From NCBI GenBank assembly GCA_030141605.1, contig JAQGDQ010000200.1, forward strand, positions 186,001 through 250,000: a stretch of 64,000 nucleotides of DNA, read 5' to 3'. Source of the DNA: Tubiluchus corallicola. Its lineage: Eukaryota; Animalia; Priapulida. Each line of letters opens with the position of its first letter. The stretch's first letter is position 1. The notes beneath the pieces are model-generated. The model was not told the origin of the DNA, searched no databases, and saw only the letters and a list, made by a program, of their open reading frames with translations. The position numbers were made by a program, and so were the translations under genes. Shown piece after piece: positions 40,201 through 51,620 of this stretch.

Positions 40201-41363
40201 GTATGAAAGGCTAAAAGACCAAAAGTATCAAACGCCTGGCAGTTAGCAGCTCCAGCAGACTAAACACCATTAGGCCTTGAGAGACTAGTAACACTCGTAG
40301 TAGACCAAGGGTTAGTGGGTCGATTTAATCTAAGAATGAAGACAAAAAATAGAATGTGGACGCCCATTGAAAACAGACAAAATTGACAAATATGAAAAGT
40401 AATTTTGTTCATTGTGGCAGAATTTATGGTTGAGCGGACTTGCACATTTTATATGAGTGGCGTCAGGCCGCCTGGGTTCGATGCTCGCTTGAGAACACAG
40501 AATACATCATAACATGGCTGAATCATTTCTGTTGTTTGCAGGGGCTTTTCTTAGAGAGATCATTGACAATGAGCCAATCTCCAATCACGTCACAAATGCA
40601 TAATTGCTCTTCTTTGATTGTATGTCGTTTTGCCAGTTATCTTTTCGCCAGTCTACTTTTTCGCCAGCCTTCTTTTTCGCCAGATCTATTCCACCAAAAT
40701 TGGTGTGCTTGTAGCTAGGGCAGAGGCCCATCTTAACTTACAACTTCGGGTCGTGACCCTTTGACCAGCCTGAGTTATGACCCGGAAATCGTCAAAATAC
40801 GTCTATTTTTGAAAAGCAGTTACTCCTACAAGAAGCGCCATCTAATCACACGGAAAAAAACTTGTAAAGTATTATACCTTGGCTATCCGTAACCGGCTCA
40901 GTTTTGGCGCAGTGCATCAGATTCTTCATTTCATTGAGAATCCAACAATATATGGCACTTCTCTGTAGGGCTTACATCTTCCGTTAACAAAGCGTTTAAA
41001 TGAAACCATGTCGATACCTAATATAACAATGGTTACCTGTACATACAGATAAATTAAATCTTCATTGTTAATGAGTATTACACTGTCGAAGTTGGGAATT
41101 ACCCTCTTTTTTTGTGTGCCGAAGTGTATGAAAAAAATTATTGTCTACTTTTGCTGTAACGCTTTTTGATTACTAGTTTCATAACAACACGAGATTGAAT
41201 GAATATTGTATTAATTTCCGTCTTTAATTTAATTCAGGTGGACCTGCAAAATGTGAAAAACATGTACCAGACGATGTTTTCAGAGACGTTGAACAGTGCC
41301 GTCAGTGGCGACACTAGCGGAGATTATAAGAAGATCTTATTAGCCATTTTGGGACCAGAGTAG
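31278..41363 (+). CDS. Annexin (invertebrate annexin B type), 316 aa, four annexin repeats
   Basis: Exons 31278-31286 (MPE), 34640-34715, 35202-35296, 35557-35670, 36474-36530, 37423-37605, 39377-39554, 39869-39981, 41238-41363; GT-AG, 951 nt. Endonexin motifs [32 protein letters not shown] with acidic caps (ELGG, ETSG, ELSG, DTSGD). AATAAA at 41733. The first exon is the least certain. Confidence 0.93.
35781..36230 (+). mobile_element. SINE-like repeat, copy 1 (annexin intron 4)
   Basis: Shares ttatcaatcttaataatggg, ggtaccacgtc, gtaaggttctgg(a/g)ttcaaaacc (B-box-like) and tttttctgtca.tttaatta.atttctccc with 37838-38205. Confidence 0.6.
37838..38205 (+). mobile_element. SINE-like repeat, copy 2 (annexin intron 6)
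   Basis: Direct diverged copy of 35781-36230, with a tRNA-like segment tagtgatcaggtaccacg...ggttctgggttcaaaacc. Confidence 0.6.
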
Positions 41364-42132
41364 AAAATGGCAACTGATTATGAACTAAATTCCGTCATCA
41401 TATGAGAGTAATACACCGAGCTGGTTTCTTCTGACTTCTGCATTTAACGAGCCCGTTGTGAATAGCTATTAAATTATGTTCTCTATTATTTCCTGTTCAG
41501 TTATTTCCAAAAAACTGAAAAGTCAGGTTGCTTAGGTTTTTTGCTGTAATCTCTGTTGACACTGAGATTCAATAAGCAACAAAGATATTGCTTGTACAAT
41601 AATCGTGAACTCCAATGTTCACCCCCATTTTAAACAAAAAAAGATCGATTTCTTGTAGGAACTGAACTACGTAAAAACACCATTGTTATATTAACCGACA
41701 AAACAATATTCTTCTTGAATTGGAAATACATCAATAAAATATAGTCCGCGATGATTTCAACTGGTTTCTCGTTTTCGTTTTTGTATATTATAATTTGTTT
41801 TCTAAAGAAAGGCTAGAGCAGAAGTTTTTCAGTACAACGACAATTAAGAATTGTTTCGAAACTTGCTTTTTACAAGTTTGTTGCGAAGAGGAAAAGGTTT
41901 TCGATAACAAGCGCGACCAGACATGCTGCTTGTCAAAAAGATGTGTGGCATCTATTTGTTCACTGGTAAGCAAGAGAGTTTTAGTTTTAAATCTGGCCAA
42001 ATAACGAGTTTGTCACTGTTACTGCTTTCTTTCTATGCCAACCGTAGAAGGTAAAATCTTTTCAGGATGGAAGATAGGTATCATTACTATAATTCGTAAC
42101 CCATCTGCACCAGTTAGTCAGCTAATTAATCA

Positions 42133-43228
42133 GCGGTTCGGGGTTTGGGATTCAAGTTGGCATGATCGAGGTTCGGGTCAGGACGAAATTTTTGGCATTG
42201 GAACTCGAACTGTAAATATAATTATCGTTAAATGGAGATAAAATTAGTGCAGTGAAATTCCTCATTTTTAGTTACACCCGGCTATTATTGATAACTGCTA
42301 CATGATTTACCCCATTCGCGCATTTAAACTTTAAACCATCATTGGTTCTCACCTTTTCATAGTTCATTTCAGACAGTATTGTATTTTCAGATTTATTGTA
42401 GGTTCAATAAATTCAGTAATTGTAGGTTTATTTCTCTAATTAGTATATTCAACAAGTAGTCTTGAAATTGTGTTTGTACAATGCAGAATTTAGTTTAGCA
42501 GCTATAATTATAGGTGGCTATAATCCTGGATGAAAAAGTATCTAGACTATGTGTCAGCTCCAAATGCATTAATTACTCCGTGAATGTGATTCTGTCAATG
42601 ATAACACGTTTTTTGCTGATGGTCAATAGTAGTAATAAGTGAATTTCTCATTTCCCTATGATTTTCCCAGCACCGAGCCTGCACCCTTCACTACATAAGT
42701 AAACGTAAAGTAAAAGTAACAGGAAATTAATTGCTAGAAAGAATAATTACGCATAGCCGCATAGGGCCTAATGACTAAGCAGCATTATCTGCTTGGGCGA
42801 TATTTAGATAAGACTCTAGTAGCAGTACTGTGAGACAATAATAACACAAAATAATGTTCCAGTGTTAATACACCTCGCCAGAAGCGTCATATTCACAGAA
42901 GGCTGATTGCACTCTGTATGTGTAAGCGAAAAAGCTAGTCATGCGCTTAACTCAAAACTGTTTACAAGACACTTTAGAAAATAGTGCGATGCAGTTTTGG
43001 TTAAGAAGATCTTAATAAACAGCATGTTATCAGGAAATTTAAGCGATGAATAACTTAATAAATGGCTCATTTTTCTTCAAAAACCTAAAGAAATGTTGTT
43101 TTTCCTATATCATAAACTTTTAAAGTTCGGGGTCGGAATCCGGGTTGGGATGGTATGAGGAGTTCGGAAACGGGGTTCAGGATTTGAAAAAAGCTCGGGA
43201 TCAGGACAACCCATACCGAACACCCCAA
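42133..43228 (-). mobile_element. ~1.1-kb non-autonomous interspersed element (copy B, inverted relative to 27427-28450)
   Basis: See copy A; multiple colinear reverse-complement blocks. Confidence 0.75.
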
Positions 43229-44108
43229 CCTTTTAGTTATTAATTGTGATTACATGATGTGGTTATGTGGTAACATTACACGTACAACAAAGACTGAGAC
43301 ACAGTAATGGTGAACAGTAACCGTAACAGCAATGGAAACGGCATTTTCTTGTTGATGTTACCATTTTTGGGTAACATTACGCACAATTTAACAAGATGTT
43401 AATGTTTAATAGACAAGAACCATATTCAGAAGAACTCATTATGTCGAACTGGTGCAGTTCATTGAGAACTTTGTAACAAAAGCTTTGATACAGCTGAGTC
43501 AGCTCACTACGGTTGTGAGATCATAAGAAACCATGAAGCAGCAAGATCCGACTGAGCTTTCTCTTGATTAGTACAATGCTGAATGCTGTAAAGCTGCCGA
43601 GGCCAGTGGGCCACGGGTGTTTAGCATGGGCTGTACGGATATAACCCTGAAACGTACATGAGCATACTCTGAAATGGAATGCTTTTGAAAGCAGAATATC
43701 AGATGGCCTATCCTCCTTTCCTTTGAGAAAGTTTACTATAGCAAATTTTAATACAGCAGTAAATAGGGGTTGTTTTGTTTGATATCAATGGTCTAGCATA
43801 TCTGTTGTGTTTAGTTCTGGTGCAATTGCAGGCATTAGATCGTCAATCAAACACCATCGATTTATTAAAGTGGTGCAATTTTTGTTTGTTTAAATTAATT
43901 TATTCTGAACTACAAACTGTAAAATCAAATTATAGGCCTACATTATACAGGGGCCCTGGGCCGCTGCAGAATTCTTGCGTCACATTTGGAATATTATTCT
44001 AACTAGGCTTAATCACTAAGCTCAAGTGCATTGAATAAGTCCTGATCAACAGAACCTTGTTGTTTTCTAGGCGAATTGTCGCACAGCTCCTAAATTTGTT
44101 ACAGCTAT

Positions 44109-45890
44109 TTAAATGGTACAGTTTAGGTCAAAACCGCAAGGTCCAAAAACTGATCTGAGTCTCGGGGTGTCACTCCCGTGGACAGAAGGTGAAACTGCTC
44201 TTTCAACAATGTCTAATTGTCGTCGTTCGAATACTGGAAAGACAATCACCTCTTTTCTGTCACTGTCAATTCTGACATGTTGAGCAGGTGTTTGTGACCT
44301 TAAATTAGCTGGTAAGTTCGACTGTGGCCCTGAATGAATAGACGTCCGGCTAATCTCTACGGGTTTAAATGCAAAATTCGGTTGACGCTGAAATTCATAT
44401 GCACTCCCCTGTTTAGTTCTTCCTTCTCCGGATGAAGTCTGGGAAAATTGCTGATTTGCGTCTTGTGATGCTCTTCTGGTAGCACTGAGCTTTATGCCTG
44501 AGTGGCCAGAACCTGATCCCTTTCTTTCCACAGAACTTGATTCTCTCTGTCTCGCAAAGCCAGATCTGTACCTCTGACCAATGACAGTTTGATCATTTTG
44601 AGCTCGAGAGAGGGCGCCAGATGGCACCAAACTTCTTGCGTCTGCTCGCCAATCGTTAAAGCCTCTTTGTTCTATATCAACATAATGTTTACCAAAGTTC
44701 CTTAAATCGAATGCGCCAGTCTGAATATTACCAAAGTTTTCTAAGCTAAGTGGCCGTTGTCCATTGTTTCTGCTAGCTCTACCCAAGAACGGCGATACTC
44801 CTGATAATCCTGTGTTGAGAAATTGCGATTGTGTAACAGCACCTGTTGTGCGACCTCTTCCAAAAGCAGAACCCGTATTTTGACTGGAAATTGTTACAGG
44901 ATGTTTTTGAAAAGTGCCACGGACGTCCCTTTGAGTTGTATATCGTTGTGACACCGGTTGGTGTATTACAGTTTGTGGCTGATATTTAATTATTGATGGC
45001 TGACTTCTCCGTGCTAGGAAAGATTGTTGCCTAGTGTACGCATTAGAAGGTTGCAATAAGCTTGCCTGATTAATTGCTGTATTAGTAAATAACCCGACAG
45101 TTGGTTGTGCTTGGTATACAGTTTGCTGGTGAGTACGCAATGGCGTCAGAAAACCTAAGTTTAGTTGTCTTTTAGTAGGTTGTTGTTGTTGCTGTTGCTG
45201 CTGCTGCTGCTGTAATTGAAAATAGTAACTATTGTGCTCCATTGGTTGTCTGACACGTGCAATAGGCCGAACTGTTGAGCTTTCATGCACACCTGTTTCT
45301 CCCAGATCTAGAGCAAGTTGAACTTGATTATTAATTTGGCTTGCACTTGATGACGATGTACCTATGTGACCGTATGGCTCCAGCCGATCACTTGTCCTTA
45401 AAGACTCAGTTTGTACATTGACTTGTCCTTCAAGTTCTTGTCCAGTGTAGGGTTTCGCATAACCTATGACGTACATTCTTCCTAAGTCATCTATACCTAC
45501 TCTTGAGTATCTATGGGTCTCAACAATTCTTCCATGTGGACGTCTCGAAGGAAATCCGGGCCGCAGCTCCCGCGGTTTCAAGCCTCTGATTTCATCTTCT
45601 GATTCAGGAGTCTCCTCTTCTAACTCATCCTCGAAACTGTCGTCTCCATCAAATTCAAATGCGGCTACTCTCTGAGACGAGGCACCAATGTCAGCGACGT
45701 TGAAACCTGCACCACCAAACCCGAATCCACCAACATCATCTCCAGATGTATCTTCCGAATCTGTTTTGCCTTCAATGAATGTGCCAAAGTCTTCTGGTTC
45801 TCCTTCATTCATTTCCTCTTCATCTAGAGCAAGAACAACCGTTGCACAACACAAGAAAACTGTTGCCAGAAAGGCACAAGCCAACTTCAT
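44109..45890 (-). CDS. Secreted low-complexity protein of unknown function, 593 aa
   Basis: Uninterrupted 1.8-kb ORF in AT-rich DNA. Signal peptide MKLACAFLATVFLCCATVVLA. Splice acceptor tttcag lies just upstream of the ATG (5'-UTR intron). Asp/Glu-rich N-terminus, polyQ (~45180-45213), S/G/R/Q-rich body, C-terminal CGFDLNC. Confidence 0.8.
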   Translation of the reverse strand: MKLACAFLATVFLCCATVVLALDEEEMNEGEPEDFGTFIEGKTDSEDTSGDDVGGFGFGGAGFNVADIGASSQRVAAFEFDGDDSFEDELEEETPESEDEIRGLKPRELRPGFPSRRPHGRIVETHRYSRVGIDDLGRMYVIGYAKPYTGQELEGQVNVQTESLRTSDRLEPYGHIGTSSSSASQINNQVQLALDLGETGVHESSTVRPIARVRQPMEHNSYYFQLQQQQQQQQQQQPTKRQLNLGFLTPLRTHQQTVYQAQPTVGLFTNTAINQASLLQPSNAYTRQQSFLARRSQPSIIKYQPQTVIHQPVSQRYTTQRDVRGTFQKHPVTISSQNTGSAFGRGRTTGAVTQSQFLNTGLSGVSPFLGRASRNNGQRPLSLENFGNIQTGAFDLRNFGKHYVDIEQRGFNDWRADARSLVPSGALSRAQNDQTVIGQRYRSGFARQRESSSVERKGSGSGHSGIKLSATRRASQDANQQFSQTSSGEGRTKQGSAYEFQRQPNFAFKPVEISRTSIHSGPQSNLPANLRSQTPAQHVRIDSDRKEVIVFPVFERRQLDIVERAVSPSVHGSDTPRLRSVFGPCGFDLNCTI

Positions 45891-47829
45891 CGTGTTCCGT
45901 CAACCTGAAATTACAAAGACGTTCATTAGAAACTGAAGTTCATTAATGCCAAATGCCATGAGCCAAATGCCATTTACTTTCGACCCTCCACTACATTTTG
46001 ATATAACCCCGTCCATTATGAAGCCATTTGCATAAGAACGGTATCGAATGGCCTCGTCGATTCAGTTAGATAGACGGGCAGTTGCGTATTCCGTCTCAGC
46101 ACCTGCTCCGTAATGACGATCGATGTGAGGTACCATAGACAAGTTTCTTTTTAATTTTTTGTTCATTTTTGGATTCTTCTATACACAGAAGTTTTCAATA
46201 TGTTTTGTGGATCAATCTAGACTTGAATTAAAGCAGTGGATATCAATCAACGAATGGAGTTACGAACCGGACACCTGGGGAGGAACACTGCTCCGTTACA
46301 ATAATATATGTATATACGTAAAACAACAAATCAGTAAATTTGACATAGAAATTTTAATAATATTTGGATTTTAATAATCAATTCTTAATAATTTTATTTG
46401 TAGCGTGATTCAATCACAAGACTTACAGTATAAAGGTGCAAAAACAAGAAAAATCAGAATATTTGATTTAGAAATTTTAACATTTCGAACTTTGGTGCGT
46501 TTCGAATATTGCGCTTTATTATAAAACAATTCGATTATAAATAACAGAATTTAGTATTTACTTATTGACATATGCATCCTACTATGACGTACGTTATACA
46601 ATAACAGTAAACAACAATAGACACGATCACACGACATTTACAACATAAGGTTATTACATCATAGCTGTCATAGCAATAATATGCAAGTTCTTATTACGAA
46701 ACGTTGAACCGAATTGTGTTCCCTTGCTCTGCAAATGATGTTCTACGACAAGACACATAGATGGTTTTTACGTCTATAAAAGTTATATTTAAACTATAAC
46801 TAATAACTATAAATATATTTAAGCCGTTTCAGGAAAAAACCTTTGCTCTCTCATTGGCAGAAATGTATATATGCCGACTATGAATGGCTATAGCCGCTAT
46901 GGTTACAAGCATGGTTAAAAGCAGCGGTCTACATGTGGTTAAAAGCAGCGGTCTACTTCTAAAGCGGTCTGCAGGATATTATACATTATGGTGTGATTTC
47001 TGGTATTGTTTAAAGGAGAAGGAAAGGCAATTTTAAAGTATGTCCCATAAAAGTTTTCCATATGTCCCAAAAAACTTTGCACACAAGGTTATAATACTTA
47101 GCATTTTACGCTTGAAAAACGTACGTGAGTAAAACAAAAAATTCTAAGTAATTTAAAATGTTTGTGCCAACCAACTCACCATCCCAATATGCACCACTGA
47201 CTTAACAAAAACACATTTTTAATCTTACTGACAACGCTAATACCCTAACAACGTAAGTGATATAAAAATTTTTAAGCTTTATCTAAGTAAAGGGTTTTCT
47301 TGTGCTTTAACATTTTTATAAGCCAGAAGTTCGGAACCAAGTTATTCCATTAAGTTTACCAAGTTATTTACCTTTAGGTCATTTCTGCCCAATGTGAATG
47401 CGGCTATGAAAGGTCAAGGTTAATATCAAATGCCCCCCTTCACAATCACTGCCACTAGGCTTTTTTGAACGTGTATGGGTGTTTCAGAAGAAACAGTGCT
47501 GAGTGCAGTAATCTAACCTGAGTGTAGATGAAAATTTCGTCATCTCTAACTATAGGCTACAATAACACAATTAGAGTTTCTTTTAACTTTAGCTAAACTT
47601 CCTTAATTATACTTTTAGATCATTATTATTATGTCACGATGCAAAAGTTGAAGTTCAATTTTTGGACAAAATAAGAAGTGCCATTCAAAGCTTTTTAACC
47701 TGATGAAACATGTAACGTCGGTCACTTTTATGCGGGCAAGTTATTAATGGCAAACACTTCCAGCAGTATCATAAATATCCCACAATGAGTAAAGAATTCT
47801 TTACCATTTTTTTTTATTAAAAAATAACA

Positions 47830-48899
47830 ACGTTTCTACTATTGTATCTTATCGTGGGGCACAGCAAAAAAATCTGTTTTGAAACCACTTACAGCAGCAC
47901 ATAACAAAATTATCAAAACAATGACTTTTGCTGGGTTCCGAGATCATGCTACCCCCTCCTATTATGCTTTGCAATTATTAAAAATTAATGAAATTTATAA
48001 GCTTGAGTTAGCGAAATTCATGTTCAACTATAAAAAGGGCATTCTACCTAAATTATACGGCAATTATTTCAAAAAGATTAGTGACGTTCACCAGTATTCT
48101 ACGAGAGCAGCTACCAAACAAAACTATTTTCAGGAAAGATTTAACACAACAAAAGGTTTACAAACTTTAAAACATAATGGTACAGTTCTATGGAATACTC
48201 TTTCAGATGATCTTAAGCAATCAACTAGTATCTGTCACTTAAGTAAATTATATAAATGTCAACTCTTGCAAACTTATTACTGAACAACTTTTATTCCTTT
48301 TGCAAGAGCAGTTACTGTTATAGCAGGATCAATTAACTTCCATATTTAATTGTTTATTGTCTAACTTCTGTAGATCATTTTCAAAGTCTGGACTCCAATT
48401 GTCAATCTCCTCATGCAGTCATACAGGTAATTTTTTGTGCTCTAACTATCTGCCAATTTATTTTACATCAGATCATCAAAAATCGCTCTGTATTTTTTTT
48501 TTACATTATGCTTGCGTTATAAAGTAAATTTCAGTTGCCATTGTTATTATGTTCCTGATGTCAGATTTTTATTTCAGTTCTTGTTTCAGTCCTTATTTCA
48601 GTTATCTTCAGTTTGATTTTTTTATTATTATTATTATGCACTTATTATTACTGTGTATGAATTGTACTAACACATTATAAGCATATCATTATCAATTTTA
48701 TGTCATTCCTAACAATTTAGTTTTTATTATAAGCAGTACTAACACTAATACACTGTAGCATAGCGCCTTTAAAAAATGTTCATCACTAACCAAAGGGCAG
48801 CTGACTAGATGACCAATTGGTCTTTCGCTGCCCTTTCTTCACATTTTTGTTGCTAAATTAATTGTATTGTAACTGTGTGTGTTAAAAGATAAATAAAAG

Positions 48900-48930
<31 letters not shown>
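47830..48930 (+). mobile_element. 5'-truncated LINE (L2/Crack-like) 3' end: ORF2 C-terminus, 3' UTR, stem-loop and (TTA)n tail
   Basis: ORF 47879-48283 (LQLLKINEIYKLELAKFMF...HQYSTRA...GTVLWNTL). Stem aaagggcagc/gctgcccttt at 48792-48836, AATAAA at 48892, (TTA)n at 48900-48930. Confidence 0.8.
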
Positions 48931-48931
<1 letters not shown>

Positions 48932-49788
48932 ACACTAACAGTTATCATTAGGTACTTCCAGCAGTTACTGCAGTATTATTTCAAGCATGTTTCCTCTGTA
49001 CTGTTTTTTCTGGAACACCCTGTTTTCCTGAAGCTCACGCCGCGTCAAAATTGTCAGCACGCCTTATAAAGTAATTCAGTTATTCAAGCAATATCTGCCT
49101 ACACTATCATCAGGGCTTCATCAGACACTATCTTCAGGATCTGCAGAAGTGAAAAGTCAAAAAATCCTAATTAAATGGAATTCTGGTAGCTGTATGGATA
49201 CCAATGAATAAGTTTCTATGATAGTCCTGGCGGGAGAATAGCTTTTGCATTTCTTTCGTGTTTCTAACATATTTATTTACTCATTCATTCATTAGCTGCT
49301 ATTCCTTGCACATTTGTTTAATTACTGAGCTATTGGAACCCTATGTTTTGAACAAAAAATGGGTGTCGTCGTGGTCGTCGTATTTCTCGAAGTCCTATGA
49401 AGTGATGTGACCCTTGAGGCTTTGTCCCTCGCGTCTATTTCCAGTCAAGTGTACCTGGGTGTCTCAGTATCTGAGTTGAGTAACAGTATGAATTATACGG
49501 AAAAAGTAAAAGAAAAAGAAGTATTTTGATTTCAAGCACTTAAAAACATTTAAAAACATTCATAGTTAAAAACAACACGACTTTATTAAAACTTTTACAT
49601 TAAAAAGTTAAAATCGTGCCAAACGTTTCGACAGGCTGTTGCTGTCATTGGTGGTAGATTTACAAACATACAACCAGTTTATATAGGAAGAGCCTATTAT
49701 GCACTAATTAAGTAGTTAACAGAAGCCAAGAAGGTAATGAATAAGGAGGCCAGTAAAGAAATTGATACAGTAACTTAATCACTAATTA

Positions 49789-49861
49789 TGTATTTACAAA
49801 AGCCAAATAGGTAATAATTAAGGTCTGCTTAATCATTACCTATATGGCTTTTGCAAATACA
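49789..49861. repeat. 73-nt hairpin with 34-bp arms (3 mismatches) and a 5-nt loop
   Basis: tgtatttacaaaagccaaataggtaataattaag gtctg cttaatcattacctatatggcttttgcaaataca. Confidence 0.85.
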
Positions 49862-51368
49862 AAATAAATAGATAACTTTGTCAATAAAATTTAAATAAGT
49901 AATAACAGCAGCAGTTGAAGAAGAATAAGAGGAAAAAAGAAAAAAGAAGAAAAATAACAATAGTAGTAATGATAACGGCACCAAAAGTAAGAGCTGTACG
50001 GTATAAAGGATACAGCAACAGCGACAGCAACTGTGAGCAGCTCCACAATAACAAAAACTCCTACTTGCAGTTGTAAGAGTAAAACGTAAATATTTGGAAC
50101 CTAATTAATTCGAAAGTCGAAACGCGAACAACCAGCACCAAGCTAGATTCAGAGTGTTTTTAATCACTCGTTGATACGTCGTCTATGTGCAGTCAGCATG
50201 GGCATCTTTGACGGGATGTCTGTAGCAATTCGCTTCTTGTTTTTACATCAAAAACTTATTTTTGTTTTATATTGAAAACAATTCCCTAAAGTAATGAAAA
50301 TACAAGTAAATGTAACGAAAACATAATGTAATGTCTTTTACATCAGCAGTAAAATGCACAATGATGAGAAATTTATAAGTTAATCTAAGTCTGTATGACA
50401 TGTTATAAAAAAATGATAAGCTAGACCCTGTATTTCCGAGATTTTTAGTATGAAATACCGACAAAACTCGTTGAAATATACGAAACCAACACTCAATCAA
50501 CAATCGAATTACTTCTTGGAAATTTTTAATCTTAAAGTAAACTTAAAAACTAATATGAGTATAAAAATATGGTTTATTTTAAATTCTGATCAACATCCTT
50601 CAAGAAATTCTGCATTACTCAAACTGTATCTAGAAATAGAAATATAACATACATTTTATACTTTTTACTTTTACTGCTATTATTAAAGGTACCATAAATT
50701 CGTCTCAGTACGAGCAAAGTATTAAAAAAAACTTTCGATTTTCGGAAATTAGTGTAGGCGGTAGAAAAGCCAAAAAGCATTAAGAAAAGTTAAAAGTAAC
50801 TATGACATAAGATGTTCTGTTCTGAATATATTTTTGGCACTGATATGTAGGTTCGTGCCTGAGTTAAATGTACCCTTTGTTAACACTGTTCTTTCAGTTT
50901 GAGTCGCTGGGGGTTTTTAGTTTAGTAATGTTTACCACAGTGTAAGCACAACCTATGCCATAAAAATATAAACCCACTTTAAAAATCACCCAGAAATGGA
51001 AAATGTTTTTACTCAACAGGTGCGCAATATAACTTTATAAAAATATGTCAAGGTATAATAATTACTGCGTCGATACAATAGTAGCAGCGGATATACGTAT
51101 AAAAGGAACTAAGTGACCACAGTGCATAGATAAATTTCCAACCGTGTCCGCTTGCCGATAACCTAGTAATCTTGTGATTAAATCATCATCATAGCTTATC
51201 GGCTGCTGTTTACACCTTTAAAAGCGTCAATGATACAGGCAATCAGATGCTGTATACCTTCTTAAGCCTTGACCTTATAAGTTTACTTGCTCAAAATTAC
51301 ATTTCTATACTCTATAGTCGTATTAATAGTTTTAATAACAACAAGGAAGACGGCAGTAATTACAACAG

Positions 51369-51369
51369 T

Positions 51370-51400
<31 letters not shown>

Positions 51401-51442
51401 ATATCATCATCATCATCATCATCATCATCGTCGTCGTCGTCG

Positions 51443-51483
<41 letters not shown>

Positions 51484-51620
51484 GTCATCATCATCATCAT
51501 CATCATCATCACCTTTATCACCATAATCAGAAAGAGCAGCAGCAACAGCAGCAGCAGTGGCAGCGGCAACATTTGTAGTAGCAGCAGCAACAGCAGCAGA
51601 AACAATATTAGCAGCAGCGT
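51369..51620. repeat. Compound microsatellite (ATC)n/(GTC)n followed by an (AGC)-rich tract
   Basis: Read directly; it explains the poly-I/poly-S/poly-M ORFs in the track. Confidence 0.95.

Noticed and set aside
40412-40492. tRNA gene candidate (B-box GGTTCGATGC)
   Set aside because: No convincing acceptor stem or cloverleaf; more likely a SINE remnant.
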